Shown: one piece after another, positions 24,197-36,485 of the stretch
Layout: each line of letters starts with the position of its first letter
How positions within the stretch are numbered: position 1 is the stretch's first letter
From: TPA_inf: Saccharomyces
Lineage: Eukaryota
Assembly (NCBI GenBank): GCA_000146045.2
Contig: BK006934.2
Location: forward strand, 480,001 to 544,000
Direction: 5' to 3'
Length of the DNA: 64,000 bases
Program-made: the position numbers and the translations under genes
Notes under the pieces: model-generated
What the model was told of the DNA's origin: nothing
What the model saw: the letters and a program-made list of their open reading frames with translations, nothing else
Databases searched by the model: none

Positions 24197-24475
24197 AGTA
24201 TTCTGCCATTTTTTTTATTTATTTATGCACATCGTTTAAAAAAGTTCATTTGCAGCGGAAATTGCACCTTTGCTCTCTCGTCCCTGTCTCTAATGAGGCA
24301 CACTGGTTACACATTTCATGAAAAAAAAAGAAAAATTGTATGTATAATGCTTGTCACTTTTTTTATAATTGATATATGTATATGTATATGTATACATACA
24401 TATATATAGTTGATTTAGAATTTATTTATATTAAACAAAAGACGAAGAGAGGGCAGATAACAATATTTAAAATGT

Positions 24476-25247
24476 TTACAAACCTTGTTGAGCTCTTCTT
24501 CTGTCACGTTCTTCAGCAATAGACAACTTGATACCCTTACCCTTTGGCAAAGAAATGTAAGGCTTACCTTGTTCACCAATGACGAAGACATTGTTCAATC
24601 TAGTGACGAAAGTGTTGTCCAAGGAGTCCTTGATGTGAACCAAATCGAAACCACCATCGTGTCTTTCCTTGTGAACGATAGTACCGATACGACCCAAGTT
24701 ACGACCACCAGTAACGTAAACCAACTTACCGGCATCGAACTTGATGAAATCAGTAATCTTACCAGAGGCCAAATCAATCTTAACAGTGTCATTGACCTTG
24801 ATGTTTGGGTCTGGGTATCTGATAGTTCTACCATCGTGGGTAACAACGTATGGAACACCCTTCTTACCTAATTGGACCTTCTTGACCTTACCCAATTTGT
24901 AAGAGGCTTCTTCATCGGTGATACGGTGGACAGCGAATCTACCCTTGACATCGTAGACCAATCTGAAGTTTTCATTGGTGGCATCTAGAGTGATGACGTC
25001 CATGAAACCAGCTGGGTAGGTGGTGTCAGTTCTAACCTTACCGTCAACTTTGACGTGACGTTGCATCAAGATAGCCTTGACTTCACGGCCGTTCAAAGCA
25101 TACTTTAATCTGTTTCTTAGAAAGACAATCAATGGCAAGGATTCACGCAATTTGTGTGGACCAGCAGATGGTCTTGGGGCGTAACAACCGGACAACTTGT
25201 CCAATAACCAATGGTGTGGAGCTGCTAATCTCTTTAGATGCTTCTTT
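24476..25247 (-). CDS. RPS4B: Ribosomal protein S4 (eS4) exon 2
   Basis: Reads ...[33 protein letters not shown]... to the stop. It is preceded by a 3' splice site TATAG|A at 25250..25248. Exons 1 and 2 total 786 nt, giving 261 aa. Confidence 0.9.
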
Positions 25248-25517
25248 CTATATGAAAAATCGTATTAACATTATTAAACGTACTCTTGTTAGTAAAAATA
25301 TCCCGCAATGCTTATCTGTTACTTAACAAGGATAAAGTTTCTCATCAGAATTCTATCTTCCAGATAGATAAACACAACTCTTATATTCTTTCTTTAGTCC
25401 GCATCGTCACTTTGGTGCAAATCACTTGTACCAATCATGAGAGGGTACCCATCTTCAAAGAAAACTATTATCTTGTTTTGCCAACTCTTCATTTTTTTAG
25501 GTGGAAATCAACATACG

Positions 25518-25531
25518 GTCCTCTAGCCATC
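25518..25531 (-). CDS. RPS4B: RPS4B exon 1, 14 nt (ATGGCTAGAGGACC)
   Basis: The minus strand reads ATG GCT AGA GGA CC|GTATGT. The 270-nt intron 25248..25517 has a TACTAAC branch point (25294..25288). The splice joins ...GGA CC|A AAG AAG CAT... to give MARGPKKH. Confidence 0.8.
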
Positions 25532-26000
25532 TTTCCTCAATAGTGGTGTATCTATTGTTATACTTAGTCGACGTTATATGAAAAAGAAACTATTCTAAAT
25601 CTTACAATATCACTACTATTAACTCTACCGATAATAAAACAAAGCGACTTGAAGCAGCTCCAAATCCTAGAGAAGGAAGATACGATGCCATTGCGCTAAC
25701 GAAACCACATGGATCCTCCACACAACCACTTAGTTTGGCAAATCCCAAGACCAAGAGGAACTTTCCTCACCATTCGGGGCAGGTGACGAAGCAAGAGCGA
25801 AGCTGGATTCTACGCTGGATTAGTGAAGCGCCAGCGAGGAATGCTAGAAAGACCAGCCCAGGAACAATAGAAAATTACGCGGTAGGATAATCTCCTTGAC
25901 GGAAAAACGCTGTGTGACACTGACTAGCCTGAAAAAATAGAAAAAAAGGAGATGCGCCCTGCAAAAAGCGCAATAACGCGCACACAAAATGTCTGGGTGA

Positions 26001-26013
26001 AATGTATGGATGC
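26001..26013 (-). promoter_or_regulatory. Rap1-like site (reverse complement CATCCATACATTT versus consensus CACCCATACATTT) with an adjacent CACCCAGAC half-site, ~470 bp upstream of the RPS4B ATG
   Basis: One mismatch to the consensus. The position is typical for ribosomal-protein gene promoters. Confidence 0.4.
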
Positions 26014-26318
26014 ATAATTGTCTCGAAAATAATTGTTTAAAGAGAATAACCATAAAACAGGCTGAAAAGCAAGCACTGCTCAATGTTAGTTTCACTGGCG
26101 ACTCTATCTCACCATGGTTACACTATTAGTACATTTGGTATAGACTGATAGGTTTCCGTTGTGCTTTAACGACGGGTAACGATTTATTTCTGGCGTGTTT
26201 CAGCGACTATTAATAATAAGCAATAAAGAAGGACGCGTTTTTGAATATGTATTAATGGGTCAAGAGTAACCATGATAATTTCATATTTCCATGGATTGGT
26301 TACATTCAGGGAAATAGA

Positions 26319-28709
26319 ATGGTTTGCTGCTTATGGGTGCTTCTAGCATTGTTGCTTCATCTCGATCATGTAGCATGCGAAGACGATGCGTACTCATTCA
26401 CTTCTAAAGAACTTAAGGCTTACAAGCAGGAAGTGAAGGAGCTGTTTTATTTCGGCTTCGACAATTATTTAGAGCATGGGTATCCATATGATGAGGTAAA
26501 ACCCATTTCATGCGTTCCTAAGAAGAGAAACTTTGAAGATCCTACTGATCAAGGCACCAACGATATATTGGGCAATTTTACAATCACTTTAATAGATTCT
26601 TTAACCACTATTGCTATACTGGAAGACCGGCCGCAGTTTTTGAAAGCTGTTCGACTTGTTGAAAGGACATTTCCTGATGGCAATTTCGATATTGATTCCA
26701 CAATACAAGTTTTTGAAATTACTATACGTGTTATCGGATCACTACTATCATCACATCTTTATGCTACGGATCCCACAAAGGCAGTGTATTTAGGGGACGA
26801 TTATGATGGCTCACTGTTACGTCTCGCCCAGAATATGGCAGATAGGCTCTTACCTGCATATTTAACGTCTACCGGATTACCTATGCCACGGAGAAACATC
26901 AAACGAAAATGGGATGTCTCTGAATTTCCAGAATTTTTGGAGACAGAGAATAATGTGGCCGCTATGGCGTCTCCCATGTTCGAATTCACTATTTTATCTT
27001 ACTTGACAGGCGATCCCAAGTATGAGAAAGTTACCAGATACGCATTTGATAAAACATGGTCTCTTAGAACTGGTTTGGATTTGCTACCCATGTCCTTTCA
27101 CCCCGAAAAACTAACACCATATACGCCCATGACTGGAATCGGCGCCTCCATCGACTCCCTTTTCGAATACGCTTTGAAAGGTGCTATTTTATTTGATGAT
27201 TCAGAATTAATGGAAGTTTGGAACGTAGCATACGAGGCATTAAAGACTAACTGTAAAAACGATTGGTTTTTTGCTAATGTAATGGCTGACACAGGGCATT
27301 TGTTTGTTCCCTGGATTGATTCTTTGAGTGCTTTTTTCTCCGGTTTACAGGTGCTTGCTGGTGATTTGGATGATGCCATAGCGAACCATTTAATGTTTTT
27401 AAAAATGTGGAACACCTTTGGCGGTATTCCTGAAAGGTGGAACTTTAGTCCTCCGGAGTTTCCCCCACTATCTCCATTAGAGCGATCGGGAGCTGTTGCT
27501 TTGGATAATATCCTCCCCTTAGAATGGTACCCATTAAGACCGGAATTTTTTGAGTCAACCTATTTCTTATATAGAGCTACAAAAGACCCGTTTTACTTAA
27601 ATATTGGGGTACATCTGCTAAAAGACCTCAAGCAACGATTTAAGTCTAACTGCGGATTTGCAGGTTTCCAAAATGTAATCACGGGCGAACTGCAAGATAG
27701 AATGGAAACATTTGTGTTGAGTGAAACTTTGAAATACCTGTATTTATTATTTGATGAAGAGAACGAATTACATAACAGCGCTAGTGACGTAATTTTCAGT
27801 ACAGAAGCCCATCCAATGTGGTTGCCCCAAGAAGTGAGGTCCAACTATAAACGTAACGCTAAATTTAACAACTCTGTCTACTCGTCGCACTTGGAAATTT
27901 GCCAGAAAAAGGACAGGGAACAAGCTGGAGAGAACACATTGAGCCAAAGAATTGTGGGGTTCGCCAAATCGATCTTTCATAAAGGTCCACCAGACGAAGA
28001 GGCTACTGATCCAATTATAGACTATACCATTGATACTGAACTTCCCGGTACATGCTCTATAAAGCCTCATCATGTAATTGGTGACGAATTTTGGTATTCT
28101 CCAATGTTGAGCAATTTTGACAGATTATTCGAGATTGACTCCCGGTTCGCTGCCACGCTAATTAAACCTTCACACATGCATAACTATAATGCAATTGAAC
28201 TAGAACCTGGATTTTATAACAGGTGGTCCAATCCGCAATTTAGCACGTGCCTGATCCCACCCACCACCGAAATTTTCGAACTACTATTCGACCTTCCTGG
28301 ATATCATCAGTTGAATCCATTAATGTTAGAAAACAAAACTATTACATTTGAAACCTTTGGAGGTAGGTCAAGGTTGAAGATCGAAAAATTGCAAATCTAC
28401 CAAATTGATTACTATGGAGACTTAATCACTGCATCGACATTCCAAGACGTCTCCCGCAAGGATATTTTCTCGAATGCATGCGATGCAGTGGCAAGCTTGT
28501 ATTCTCCCACTTATCTTTACAGAGTAGTAGCCATCAACGGACGCATATTGCCTCGCCATGGAAGTGTACAAATCAAGAAACATAGTCCTGTGCTCACTTC
28601 CAATGGCACAAGAGAGGAAGACGAATTCAAAATGGATGGCATCGGGATTAATGACCATTCCCAACTCATGTTAGAATGCACGCCCATCATCAACTTATTT
28701 ATTGTATGA
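26319..28709 (+). CDS. MNL1: ER mannosidase-like ERAD lectin (GH47), 796 aa
   Basis: 796-aa ORF with an ATG at 26319, a signal peptide and a glycosyl hydrolase family 47 domain. Confidence 0.9.
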   Translation: MVCCLWVLLALLLHLDHVACEDDAYSFTSKELKAYKQEVKELFYFGFDNYLEHGYPYDEVKPISCVPKKRNFEDPTDQGTNDILGNFTITLIDSLTTIAILEDRPQFLKAVRLVERTFPDGNFDIDSTIQVFEITIRVIGSLLSSHLYATDPTKAVYLGDDYDGSLLRLAQNMADRLLPAYLTSTGLPMPRRNIKRKWDVSEFPEFLETENNVAAMASPMFEFTILSYLTGDPKYEKVTRYAFDKTWSLRTGLDLLPMSFHPEKLTPYTPMTGIGASIDSLFEYALKGAILFDDSELMEVWNVAYEALKTNCKNDWFFANVMADTGHLFVPWIDSLSAFFSGLQVLAGDLDDAIANHLMFLKMWNTFGGIPERWNFSPPEFPPLSPLERSGAVALDNILPLEWYPLRPEFFESTYFLYRATKDPFYLNIGVHLLKDLKQRFKSNCGFAGFQNVITGELQDRMETFVLSETLKYLYLLFDEENELHNSASDVIFSTEAHPMWLPQEVRSNYKRNAKFNNSVYSSHLEICQKKDREQAGENTLSQRIVGFAKSIFHKGPPDEEATDPIIDYTIDTELPGTCSIKPHHVIGDEFWYSPMLSNFDRLFEIDSRFAATLIKPSHMHNYNAIELEPGFYNRWSNPQFSTCLIPPTTEIFELLFDLPGYHQLNPLMLENKTITFETFGGRSRLKIEKLQIYQIDYYGDLITASTFQDVSRKDIFSNACDAVASLYSPTYLYRVVAINGRILPRHGSVQIKKHSPVLTSNGTREEDEFKMDGIGINDHSQLMLECTPIINLFIV

Positions 28710-28800
28710 AATCACTCTTTTAGATAGACCTCTACAGCTTTTACATAATGGCACCAGTAATAAATGATGAACGATTTCGTTACCCTCGGTAAAACCGGCC

Positions 28801-28827
28801 AAAAAAAAAAAAAAAAAAAAAAAAAAA
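28801..28827. repeat. Poly(dA) tract of ~27 nt between the MNL1 3' end and the SCH9 promoter
   Basis: Seen directly. Confidence 0.95.
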
Positions 28828-29362
28828 TGTTCTCAAAGTGTAAACTTAATCAAAAGCTTATTTGTTTGTTATCTGTTTCTCATCGGTTTCGTTTGTTGCT
28901 TAAAGGGTGGATCGGTCATTTACGATAACGGTTCTTTCTGCATATTCCGATCCTTAAAGGCTTACTTATTCACATTACGGGTCCAATATAACATAGATTG
29001 TTGTGCTCAGCTCATCCATTTCGCTGGTCGCTTATATTCTCTTTTTTGTTTTATTCTTTTCTTTCCTTCAAGGTTCTTTGCAACAGCACTGAAAATAGTT
29101 ACAAACAACTTTGCGCCAGTTCCCGCCTGCTTATTCTTTTTCCAGCTCTCTTCTACTTTATATACCCTTTTCGTGGTCCTTTTTCCTAATTTGCCCCTCT
29201 TCGCTTTTTATCGAAAATTTTACCCACTCTCACATAATCACCTAAGGGCATCTATTTAATAAGGTACAGTCAAAAATTTACTCTTTTGGCAACTGTTTAT
29301 AAGAAGAATAAGTCTGAGAATTATACTCGTATAAGCAAGAAATAAAGATACGAATATACAAT

Positions 29363-31837
29363 ATGATGAATTTTTTTACATCAAAATCGTCGAATCAGGA
29401 TACTGGATTTAGCTCTCAACACCAACATCCAAATGGACAGAACAATGGAAACAATAATAGCAGCACCGCTGGCAACGACAACGGATACCCATGTAAACTG
29501 GTGTCCAGTGGGCCCTGCGCTTCATCAAATAATGGTGCCCTTTTTACGAATTTTACTTTACAAACTGCAACGCCGACCACCGCTATTAGTCAGGACTTAT
29601 ATGCAATGGGCACAACAGGAATAACATCAGAAAATGCCCTTTTTCAAATGAAGTCAATGAATAATGGAATATCATCAGTTAATAATAACAACAGCAACAC
29701 CCCTACGATTATTACCACGTCACAGGAAGAAACTAATGCTGGAAATGTACATGGCGATACCGGTGGCAATTCTTTGCAAAATTCTGAAGATGACAACTTT
29801 TCTTCCAGTTCTACCACCAAATGCTTACTCTCTTCCACTTCTTCGCTATCAATAAATCAACGAGAAGCAGCAGCAGCTGCTTATGGTCCAGATACCGATA
29901 TTCCTAGGGGTAAACTAGAAGTTACAATAATAGAAGCACGTGACCTAGTCACTAGATCAAAGGATTCACAGCCTTATGTTGTTTGTACTTTTGAGAGTTC
30001 AGAGTTCATTTCTAATGGTCCTGAGTCACTAGGCGCCATTAATAATAACAACAATAACAACAACAATAATCAGCATAATCAAAACCAGCATATTAACAAC
30101 AACAACGAAAATACCAACCCTGACGCTGCTAGCCAGCATCATAATAATAACAGTGGTTGGAACGGTTCTCAGTTACCATCGATAAAAGAGCACTTGAAGA
30201 AAAAACCCCTTTATACACACAGATCATCTTCCCAATTAGATCAGCTAAACTCTTGCTCTTCAGTAACCGATCCGAGCAAACGTTCTTCTAATTCTTCGTC
30301 GGGTTCTTCAAATGGTCCAAAGAATGATAGTTCACATCCAATATGGCATCACAAGACAACGTTTGATGTTTTGGGATCTCACTCGGAATTAGATATTTCT
30401 GTTTATGATGCTGCCCACGACCATATGTTCTTAGGCCAAGTTAGACTGTATCCAATGATTCATAATTTAGCACATGCTTCCCAACACCAATGGCACAGTT
30501 TGAAACCTCGCGTTATTGATGAAGTTGTGTCCGGTGATATTTTAATCAAATGGACTTACAAACAGACAAAGAAAAGACATTATGGCCCACAAGATTTTGA
30601 AGTTCTTCGATTATTGGGTAAGGGTACTTTTGGCCAAGTCTACCAAGTTAAGAAGAAAGACACTCAAAGAATTTATGCAATGAAAGTTCTCTCCAAGAAA
30701 GTTATTGTCAAGAAAAATGAGATCGCCCACACAATTGGCGAAAGAAATATCCTAGTCACGACAGCGTCCAAATCGTCCCCATTCATTGTCGGATTGAAGT
30801 TTTCCTTTCAAACACCAACAGATCTGTATTTGGTCACTGATTATATGAGTGGTGGAGAATTATTCTGGCATTTACAAAAGGAGGGCCGTTTTTCGGAAGA
30901 CAGAGCGAAATTCTATATCGCTGAGTTAGTCCTAGCGTTAGAACATTTACACGATAACGATATCGTTTACAGGGACCTAAAGCCTGAAAACATTCTACTC
31001 GATGCCAACGGTAACATCGCTCTTTGCGATTTTGGTCTTTCTAAAGCTGACTTGAAGGATAGAACAAACACATTTTGCGGCACCACGGAATACCTGGCAC
31101 CAGAATTGTTACTGGACGAAACCGGCTACACCAAAATGGTCGATTTCTGGTCTCTAGGTGTTTTGATATTTGAAATGTGTTGTGGTTGGTCCCCTTTCTT
31201 TGCGGAAAATAATCAAAAAATGTACCAAAAAATTGCCTTTGGTAAAGTCAAATTCCCCAGAGACGTACTGTCACAAGAGGGGAGGTCTTTTGTAAAGGGT
31301 TTACTAAACAGAAACCCCAAACATAGACTCGGTGCCATTGATGATGGAAGAGAACTACGAGCTCATCCATTTTTCGCAGATATCGACTGGGAGGCCTTGA
31401 AGCAGAAAAAAATTCCACCACCTTTCAAACCTCACCTAGTCTCGGAGACGGATACCTCGAATTTTGACCCAGAGTTCACAACAGCTTCAACTTCATACAT
31501 GAACAAGCACCAGCCGATGATGACTGCTACCCCGCTATCTCCAGCCATGCAAGCAAAGTTTGCTGGTTTCACCTTTGTTGATGAGTCCGCCATCGATGAA
31601 CACGTTAATAACAACAGAAAATTCCTACAAAACTCGTACTTTATGGAACCTGGTTCCTTTATCCCGGGAAATCCAAACTTACCTCCAGACGAAGATGTCA
31701 TCGATGATGACGGGGACGAGGACATCAATGATGGATTCAACCAAGAGAAAAATATGAACAACAGCCATTCGCAGATGGACTTCGACGGCGACCAACACAT
31801 GGATGACGAATTTGTCAGTGGAAGATTCGAAATATGA
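29363..31837 (+). CDS. SCH9: AGC-family Ser/Thr kinase Sch9, 824 aa
   Basis: 824-aa ORF with an N-terminal Asn/Ser-rich low-complexity region, a C2 domain, a kinase domain (GKGTFGQV...DLKPENILLD...DFGLS) and a hydrophobic-motif tail (FAGFTFV). Confidence 0.95.
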   Translation: MMNFFTSKSSNQDTGFSSQHQHPNGQNNGNNNSSTAGNDNGYPCKLVSSGPCASSNNGALFTNFTLQTATPTTAISQDLYAMGTTGITSENALFQMKSMNNGISSVNNNNSNTPTIITTSQEETNAGNVHGDTGGNSLQNSEDDNFSSSSTTKCLLSSTSSLSINQREAAAAAYGPDTDIPRGKLEVTIIEARDLVTRSKDSQPYVVCTFESSEFISNGPESLGAINNNNNNNNNNQHNQNQHINNNNENTNPDAASQHHNNNSGWNGSQLPSIKEHLKKKPLYTHRSSSQLDQLNSCSSVTDPSKRSSNSSSGSSNGPKNDSSHPIWHHKTTFDVLGSHSELDISVYDAAHDHMFLGQVRLYPMIHNLAHASQHQWHSLKPRVIDEVVSGDILIKWTYKQTKKRHYGPQDFEVLRLLGKGTFGQVYQVKKKDTQRIYAMKVLSKKVIVKKNEIAHTIGERNILVTTASKSSPFIVGLKFSFQTPTDLYLVTDYMSGGELFWHLQKEGRFSEDRAKFYIAELVLALEHLHDNDIVYRDLKPENILLDANGNIALCDFGLSKADLKDRTNTFCGTTEYLAPELLLDETGYTKMVDFWSLGVLIFEMCCGWSPFFAENNQKMYQKIAFGKVKFPRDVLSQEGRSFVKGLLNRNPKHRLGAIDDGRELRAHPFFADIDWEALKQKKIPPPFKPHLVSETDTSNFDPEFTTASTSYMNKHQPMMTATPLSPAMQAKFAGFTFVDESAIDEHVNNNRKFLQNSYFMEPGSFIPGNPNLPPDEDVIDDDGDEDINDGFNQEKNMNNSHSQMDFDGDQHMDDEFVSGRFEI

Positions 31838-32731
31838 TTTCTCAATCGCTCCTCTTGCCCTTCCTCTTCTTTTCCTTTTCTTTTTATTTTTTTCTAATTT
31901 TTCTATCTTTTATTTCTACTTCTATTATTAATTTGTATCTTCTAATCGTTTTTCCCACTTTATCGAAACATTTCTTCTATTTATATATGTAAAGTATGTA
32001 TGTATTTTCGTTTTATTTAAACTCCAAAAAATGAATAATTGTTCCTGCAAATTTCTAGTTTATCACGTCTCATAATCACTGCTTATACCTCACCATTCCA
32101 TTGTACTTTGACATATTTACCCCTCATCTATATATAATCAGGGCTTAAGTAAACGCTTCGCTGTGATTTCCCAAAGTCGGTTCGGAAATTATAGGTCGGT
32201 TATATCATCCGAAAAAAAAAAAAAAAAAGTTTTTCTTAAATGCATAGGTTTAAAGTCGATTAAAAGTAGGGCTAACACAAGTATAAGCAGGGTTTTGCTA
32301 TAATAGGGATGCCATAAGTGAGGGCAGGGCTCATCGATGCGCGTACATGGATTTTCCGAAATTCTGAATTTTTTCTTTCTTTAACTATGAGCAAAATGTG
32401 GTCAGCTTTACTGAGCTTAACTGTCATCCCATCGAATGTGACAAGATTGAAAGTGCTTCCAGGATCTGAAACATTTGTCAAAGTTTTACTAACATTACAC
32501 AGATATCCCTGGTCACCTTACTATCTTCCAACATCTTACCTAGGCTTGCTGCTTTTGTTTGGGTCATATATTTAACTCGCTCATTAGAGGACATTCTGTT
32601 TTTTCCAAGACCAACAAAAAAGCAACGAAATTGCTGTATTATTAAAGGACTGTTATAGAAGTTTTTTTATCCTCTCTTTGTTTCCATTATTCTTATTCCT
32701 ATTTTTTCGTTGCTTACTTTTGATATCCACT

Positions 32732-34600
32732 ATGAGCTTTTCCACCATAAATAGCAACGTCAATAAAACCACCGGCGATAGCAATAATAACACCACCGAG
32801 AACAGTTCGACTGCAGACCTTTTAGGAATGGACTTGTTGCAGAGCGGGCCTCGACTGATGAACACGATGCAGCCAAACAACTCTTCTGACATGCTGCACA
32901 TTAACAACAAGACTAATAACGTTCAACAACCAGCTGGAAACACAAATATCAGCAGTGCTAATGCGGGAGCAAAGGCTCCAGCAAATGAGTTCGTAAGAAA
33001 ACTGTTCAGGATACTGGAAAACAATGAATATCCTGACATTGTAACTTGGACTGAGAACGGCAAAAGTTTCGTCGTTTTGGACACAGGAAAGTTCACTACG
33101 CATATATTGCCTAATCACTTCAAACATTCAAATTTTGCATCTTTTGTAAGGCAACTAAACAAGTATGACTTTCACAAGGTTAAGAGAAGTCCCGAGGAAA
33201 GACAGAGATGTAAATATGGCGAACAAAGTTGGGAGTTTCAGCATCCAGAATTTAGAGTCCATTACGGAAAAGGTCTCGATAACATCAAAAGGAAAATTCC
33301 GGCGCAAAGGAAAGTGCTTTTGGATGAATCTCAAAAGGCTCTTTTGCATTTCAATAGTGAAGGCACTAACCCCAACAATCCTTCTGGGTCTCTTTTGAAT
33401 GAATCCACCACAGAGCTGTTGTTAAGCAATACCGTAAGTAAAGATGCATTTGGAAATCTAAGAAGGCGAGTAGACAAACTACAAAAGGAGTTGGATATGT
33501 CCAAAATGGAGAGTTATGCTACTAAAGTAGAACTACAAAAGTTGAACTCGAAATACAATACGGTTATCGAAAGTTTGATAACATTCAAGACCATAAATGA
33601 AAATTTACTCAACAACTTCAACACTCTGTGTTCCACTTTGGCAAATAATGGTATTGAAGTGCCAATATTTGGCGACAATGGAAACCGTAACCCAACTGGT
33701 AATACCAACCCAGCAACAACAACAGCTATCCAAAGCAACAACAACACCAACAATGCTTCTCCGGCAACATCTACAGTTTCCTTACAACTACCTAATTTAC
33801 CCGATCAGAATAGCCTAACACCAAATGCTCAAAATAACACAGTCACGCTACGAAAAGGTTTCCATGTACTGTTGGTGGAAGATGACGCAGTGTCTATACA
33901 GTTGTGTTCAAAATTTTTACGGAAATATGGCTGTACTGTCCAAGTTGTCAGCGACGGTCTTTCAGCTATCTCAACACTAGAGAAGTATAGGTATGATTTG
34001 GTTTTAATGGACATTGTTATGCCAAACCTAGATGGTGCCACAGCGACATCCATTGTCAGAAGTTTTGATAATGAGACTCCCATCATTGCCATGACAGGTA
34101 ACATTATGAATCAAGACTTGATCACATACTTACAACATGGAATGAATGATATCTTGGCCAAACCATTCACGAGGGATGATTTACACTCAATTTTAATACG
34201 TTATCTAAAGGACCGTATTCCTTTATGCGAACAGCAATTACCACCTCGCAACTCTTCGCCACAAACTCATTCCAACACCAATACTGCTAATTCGAATCCT
34301 AATACGATTAATGAACAGTCGTTAGCCATGTTACCACAAGATAATCCGTCAACTACTACCCCTGTTACCCCAGGTGCCTCTATATCTTCTGCACAGCATG
34401 TTCAACAAGGTCAACAAGAACAGCAGCATCAAATTTTCCATGCTCAGCAGCAGCAGCAGCATCACAACGCCATTGCTAATGCTAGGTCAGACGTAGCCAT
34501 ACCGAATTTGGAACATGAAATCAACACTGTACCACATTCCTCAATGGGTTCCACTCCGCAATTACCACAATCTACACTTCAAGAAAACCAGCTATCATAA
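32732..34600 (+). CDS. SKN7: Response regulator / HSF-like transcription factor Skn7, 622 aa
   Basis: The track ORF starts with TTG at 32678. The ATG at 32732 gives MSFSTINSNVNKTTGD..., with an HSF-type DNA-binding domain, a coiled coil, a receiver domain (LLVEDD...D...MDIVMP) and a Q-rich tail. It is 622 aa. Confidence 0.9.
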   Translation: MSFSTINSNVNKTTGDSNNNTTENSSTADLLGMDLLQSGPRLMNTMQPNNSSDMLHINNKTNNVQQPAGNTNISSANAGAKAPANEFVRKLFRILENNEYPDIVTWTENGKSFVVLDTGKFTTHILPNHFKHSNFASFVRQLNKYDFHKVKRSPEERQRCKYGEQSWEFQHPEFRVHYGKGLDNIKRKIPAQRKVLLDESQKALLHFNSEGTNPNNPSGSLLNESTTELLLSNTVSKDAFGNLRRRVDKLQKELDMSKMESYATKVELQKLNSKYNTVIESLITFKTINENLLNNFNTLCSTLANNGIEVPIFGDNGNRNPTGNTNPATTTAIQSNNNTNNASPATSTVSLQLPNLPDQNSLTPNAQNNTVTLRKGFHVLLVEDDAVSIQLCSKFLRKYGCTVQVVSDGLSAISTLEKYRYDLVLMDIVMPNLDGATATSIVRSFDNETPIIAMTGNIMNQDLITYLQHGMNDILAKPFTRDDLHSILIRYLKDRIPLCEQQLPPRNSSPQTHSNTNTANSNPNTINEQSLAMLPQDNPSTTTPVTPGASISSAQHVQQGQQEQQHQIFHAQQQQQHHNAIANARSDVAIPNLEHEINTVPHSSMGSTPQLPQSTLQENQLS

Positions 34601-34826
34601 AATTTTACAAATAGCCTTGCGTCTAAGTTAGCAGAGGACATTCTGTATTCCTGAGGAGTTTCTTTATATTTATTATGTGATCTTGGAGGATTATCATTTT
34701 CTTTTCGTTCAATATTTTATCCCCTTCAGTTATTTCCAGTTATCTACATCAAAATGTTTGAATTTTATTTCTTTCTGCCGCTCTCAAATTCACTCTCATT
34801 TCTTTTTTCTTTGTTTTTCTTATATT

Positions 34827-34830
<4 letters not shown>

Positions 34831-34858
<28 letters not shown>
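34831..34858. repeat. (AT)14 microsatellite in the convergent SKN7/SET5 3' intergenic region
   Basis: Seen directly. Confidence 0.95.
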
Positions 34859-34860
<2 letters not shown>

Positions 34861-34904
34861 CCAAAAACAATAACAGACACAGTAATTTAGTATGCGTTTA
34901 TCTC

Positions 34905-36485
34905 TTATCTTTCATCCACTGCGACCGAAACGTTTGAATCGAATCTGACTGAGGTTTTTCTTACATTCCCTTGTGTATCAACAGTTTCTGGTATGTCTAA
35001 TTCAAATTCTTTTCCATTCTTCAGTATTTCTTTTAAATCTGGCTGGGCCTCTCTCATGGAAGATTTACGATTACCAGTTGATTTCTTAGAGCCATCTTCA
35101 CTACTATCATTGGAATCTATTTTTTCTACTCCTAAATTAGCATCCGCATTCTTTTTCTCTAGATTTGGAACTCTTTCAAATGTAGATAGTTCATTTTGAC
35201 AGCGGTCACACTGGCATAAGAAGCCCCAGTTAACTCTTAATTCCCTACGCCTCAACCTCACCCCATGTAAGGGATTGACGTACGTAATACGTATTTGTTC
35301 CCCCTTCTTTATTGGTTTCCTTGCATGCAACCTCAGTTCCTCATGTTCTTCTACTTGCTCAATATAGGCGTTTGGTTCACAATCATGGTTTATGAAGGAG
35401 ATCCAATGATATACCTGGCCGTTATATTGATTGATATTGAACGTCCCGATCATGGTCAAAAATTTCTCGAAATCTATTTCTTCAGAAGCTTTTGGAAATG
35501 CACCGCAAAATAATTCGTAGCACTTCTCCCAAACAGTCTCGTCATCAATATTCTTCTCAACGCCCTTTTTGGTACCATTATCAGATTCCTCTTCAGTATG
35601 TACAGTTGTACCATTCAGTAAACTAAACGTACTGCCGATACCGCTGGCGTCTCTTAATTTAATTCTTTCCCTTTGTGAGATGCTTGCCAATTTTTGCCAT
35701 TGCTCTTTGACCTCTCCTGTAGTATCCAAAAGCATGGATCCATATATAAGACCAACTGAAAAGGCAGCGGTAAAACAATATTTCTCACAGTAGTTAACAA
35801 ATCTTTTCCAATTACCAGCATGAAGAATGTCTATTCTATTCGATCTCCATGAGTGGTATAAAAGCTCATGTAACGACGCATGTGCTTTTTTACATTTTTC
35901 ACTGCACCAAATAGCTTTGCAAACTTCACAATCCAAATAATGGACCATAATTTTGTGCTGGGTCAAATCATATAGCGCCTTACCACATCGAGCACATGCC
36001 TTTCCATTAGATATTAAAAAAAGCTTGTCCAGTGGTGGAATATATACGATAGGTTTATTTTCTTTCAGGATGATTTGGCCCTTGGAAAAATCTCTTTTAG
36101 CGAAAAGGCCCCTTCCATGTTCGTCATCAATAAATTTCACTTCGACCTTAGCATCAGAATCTAGGGCTTTTGGAAAATGTATTTTATCTTTATATAGAGA
36201 AACGGTCTCTAGATCTGTGTCATAAAGATGGTGCTCATTTAGAATTTTTCGAAAACGAGAAGCACTCAATTTCCACGATTGATTTCTTTCCGTAATCCTG
36301 TCATAAAGATGCTGAATCGTAGCGTCTTCAGTTCCGGGCTCTTCCTTCCATAACAAAACTACGTCATCACAGATCTCTTCCTCTGTGGGAGTTATCTTTC
36401 GAAAATCAGAGCCATTTTCTGTACCATTATGCACTGCAGATTGATCGCTATCGTTTAAGGTTCCTATTTTGATAGTCAATGTCAT
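34905..36485 (-). CDS. SET5: SET-domain (with MYND-like Cys cluster) protein lysine methyltransferase, 526 aa
   Basis: 526-aa ORF with an ATG at 36485, a split SET domain and the C-terminal post-SET Cys motif CQCDRC. Confidence 0.9.
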
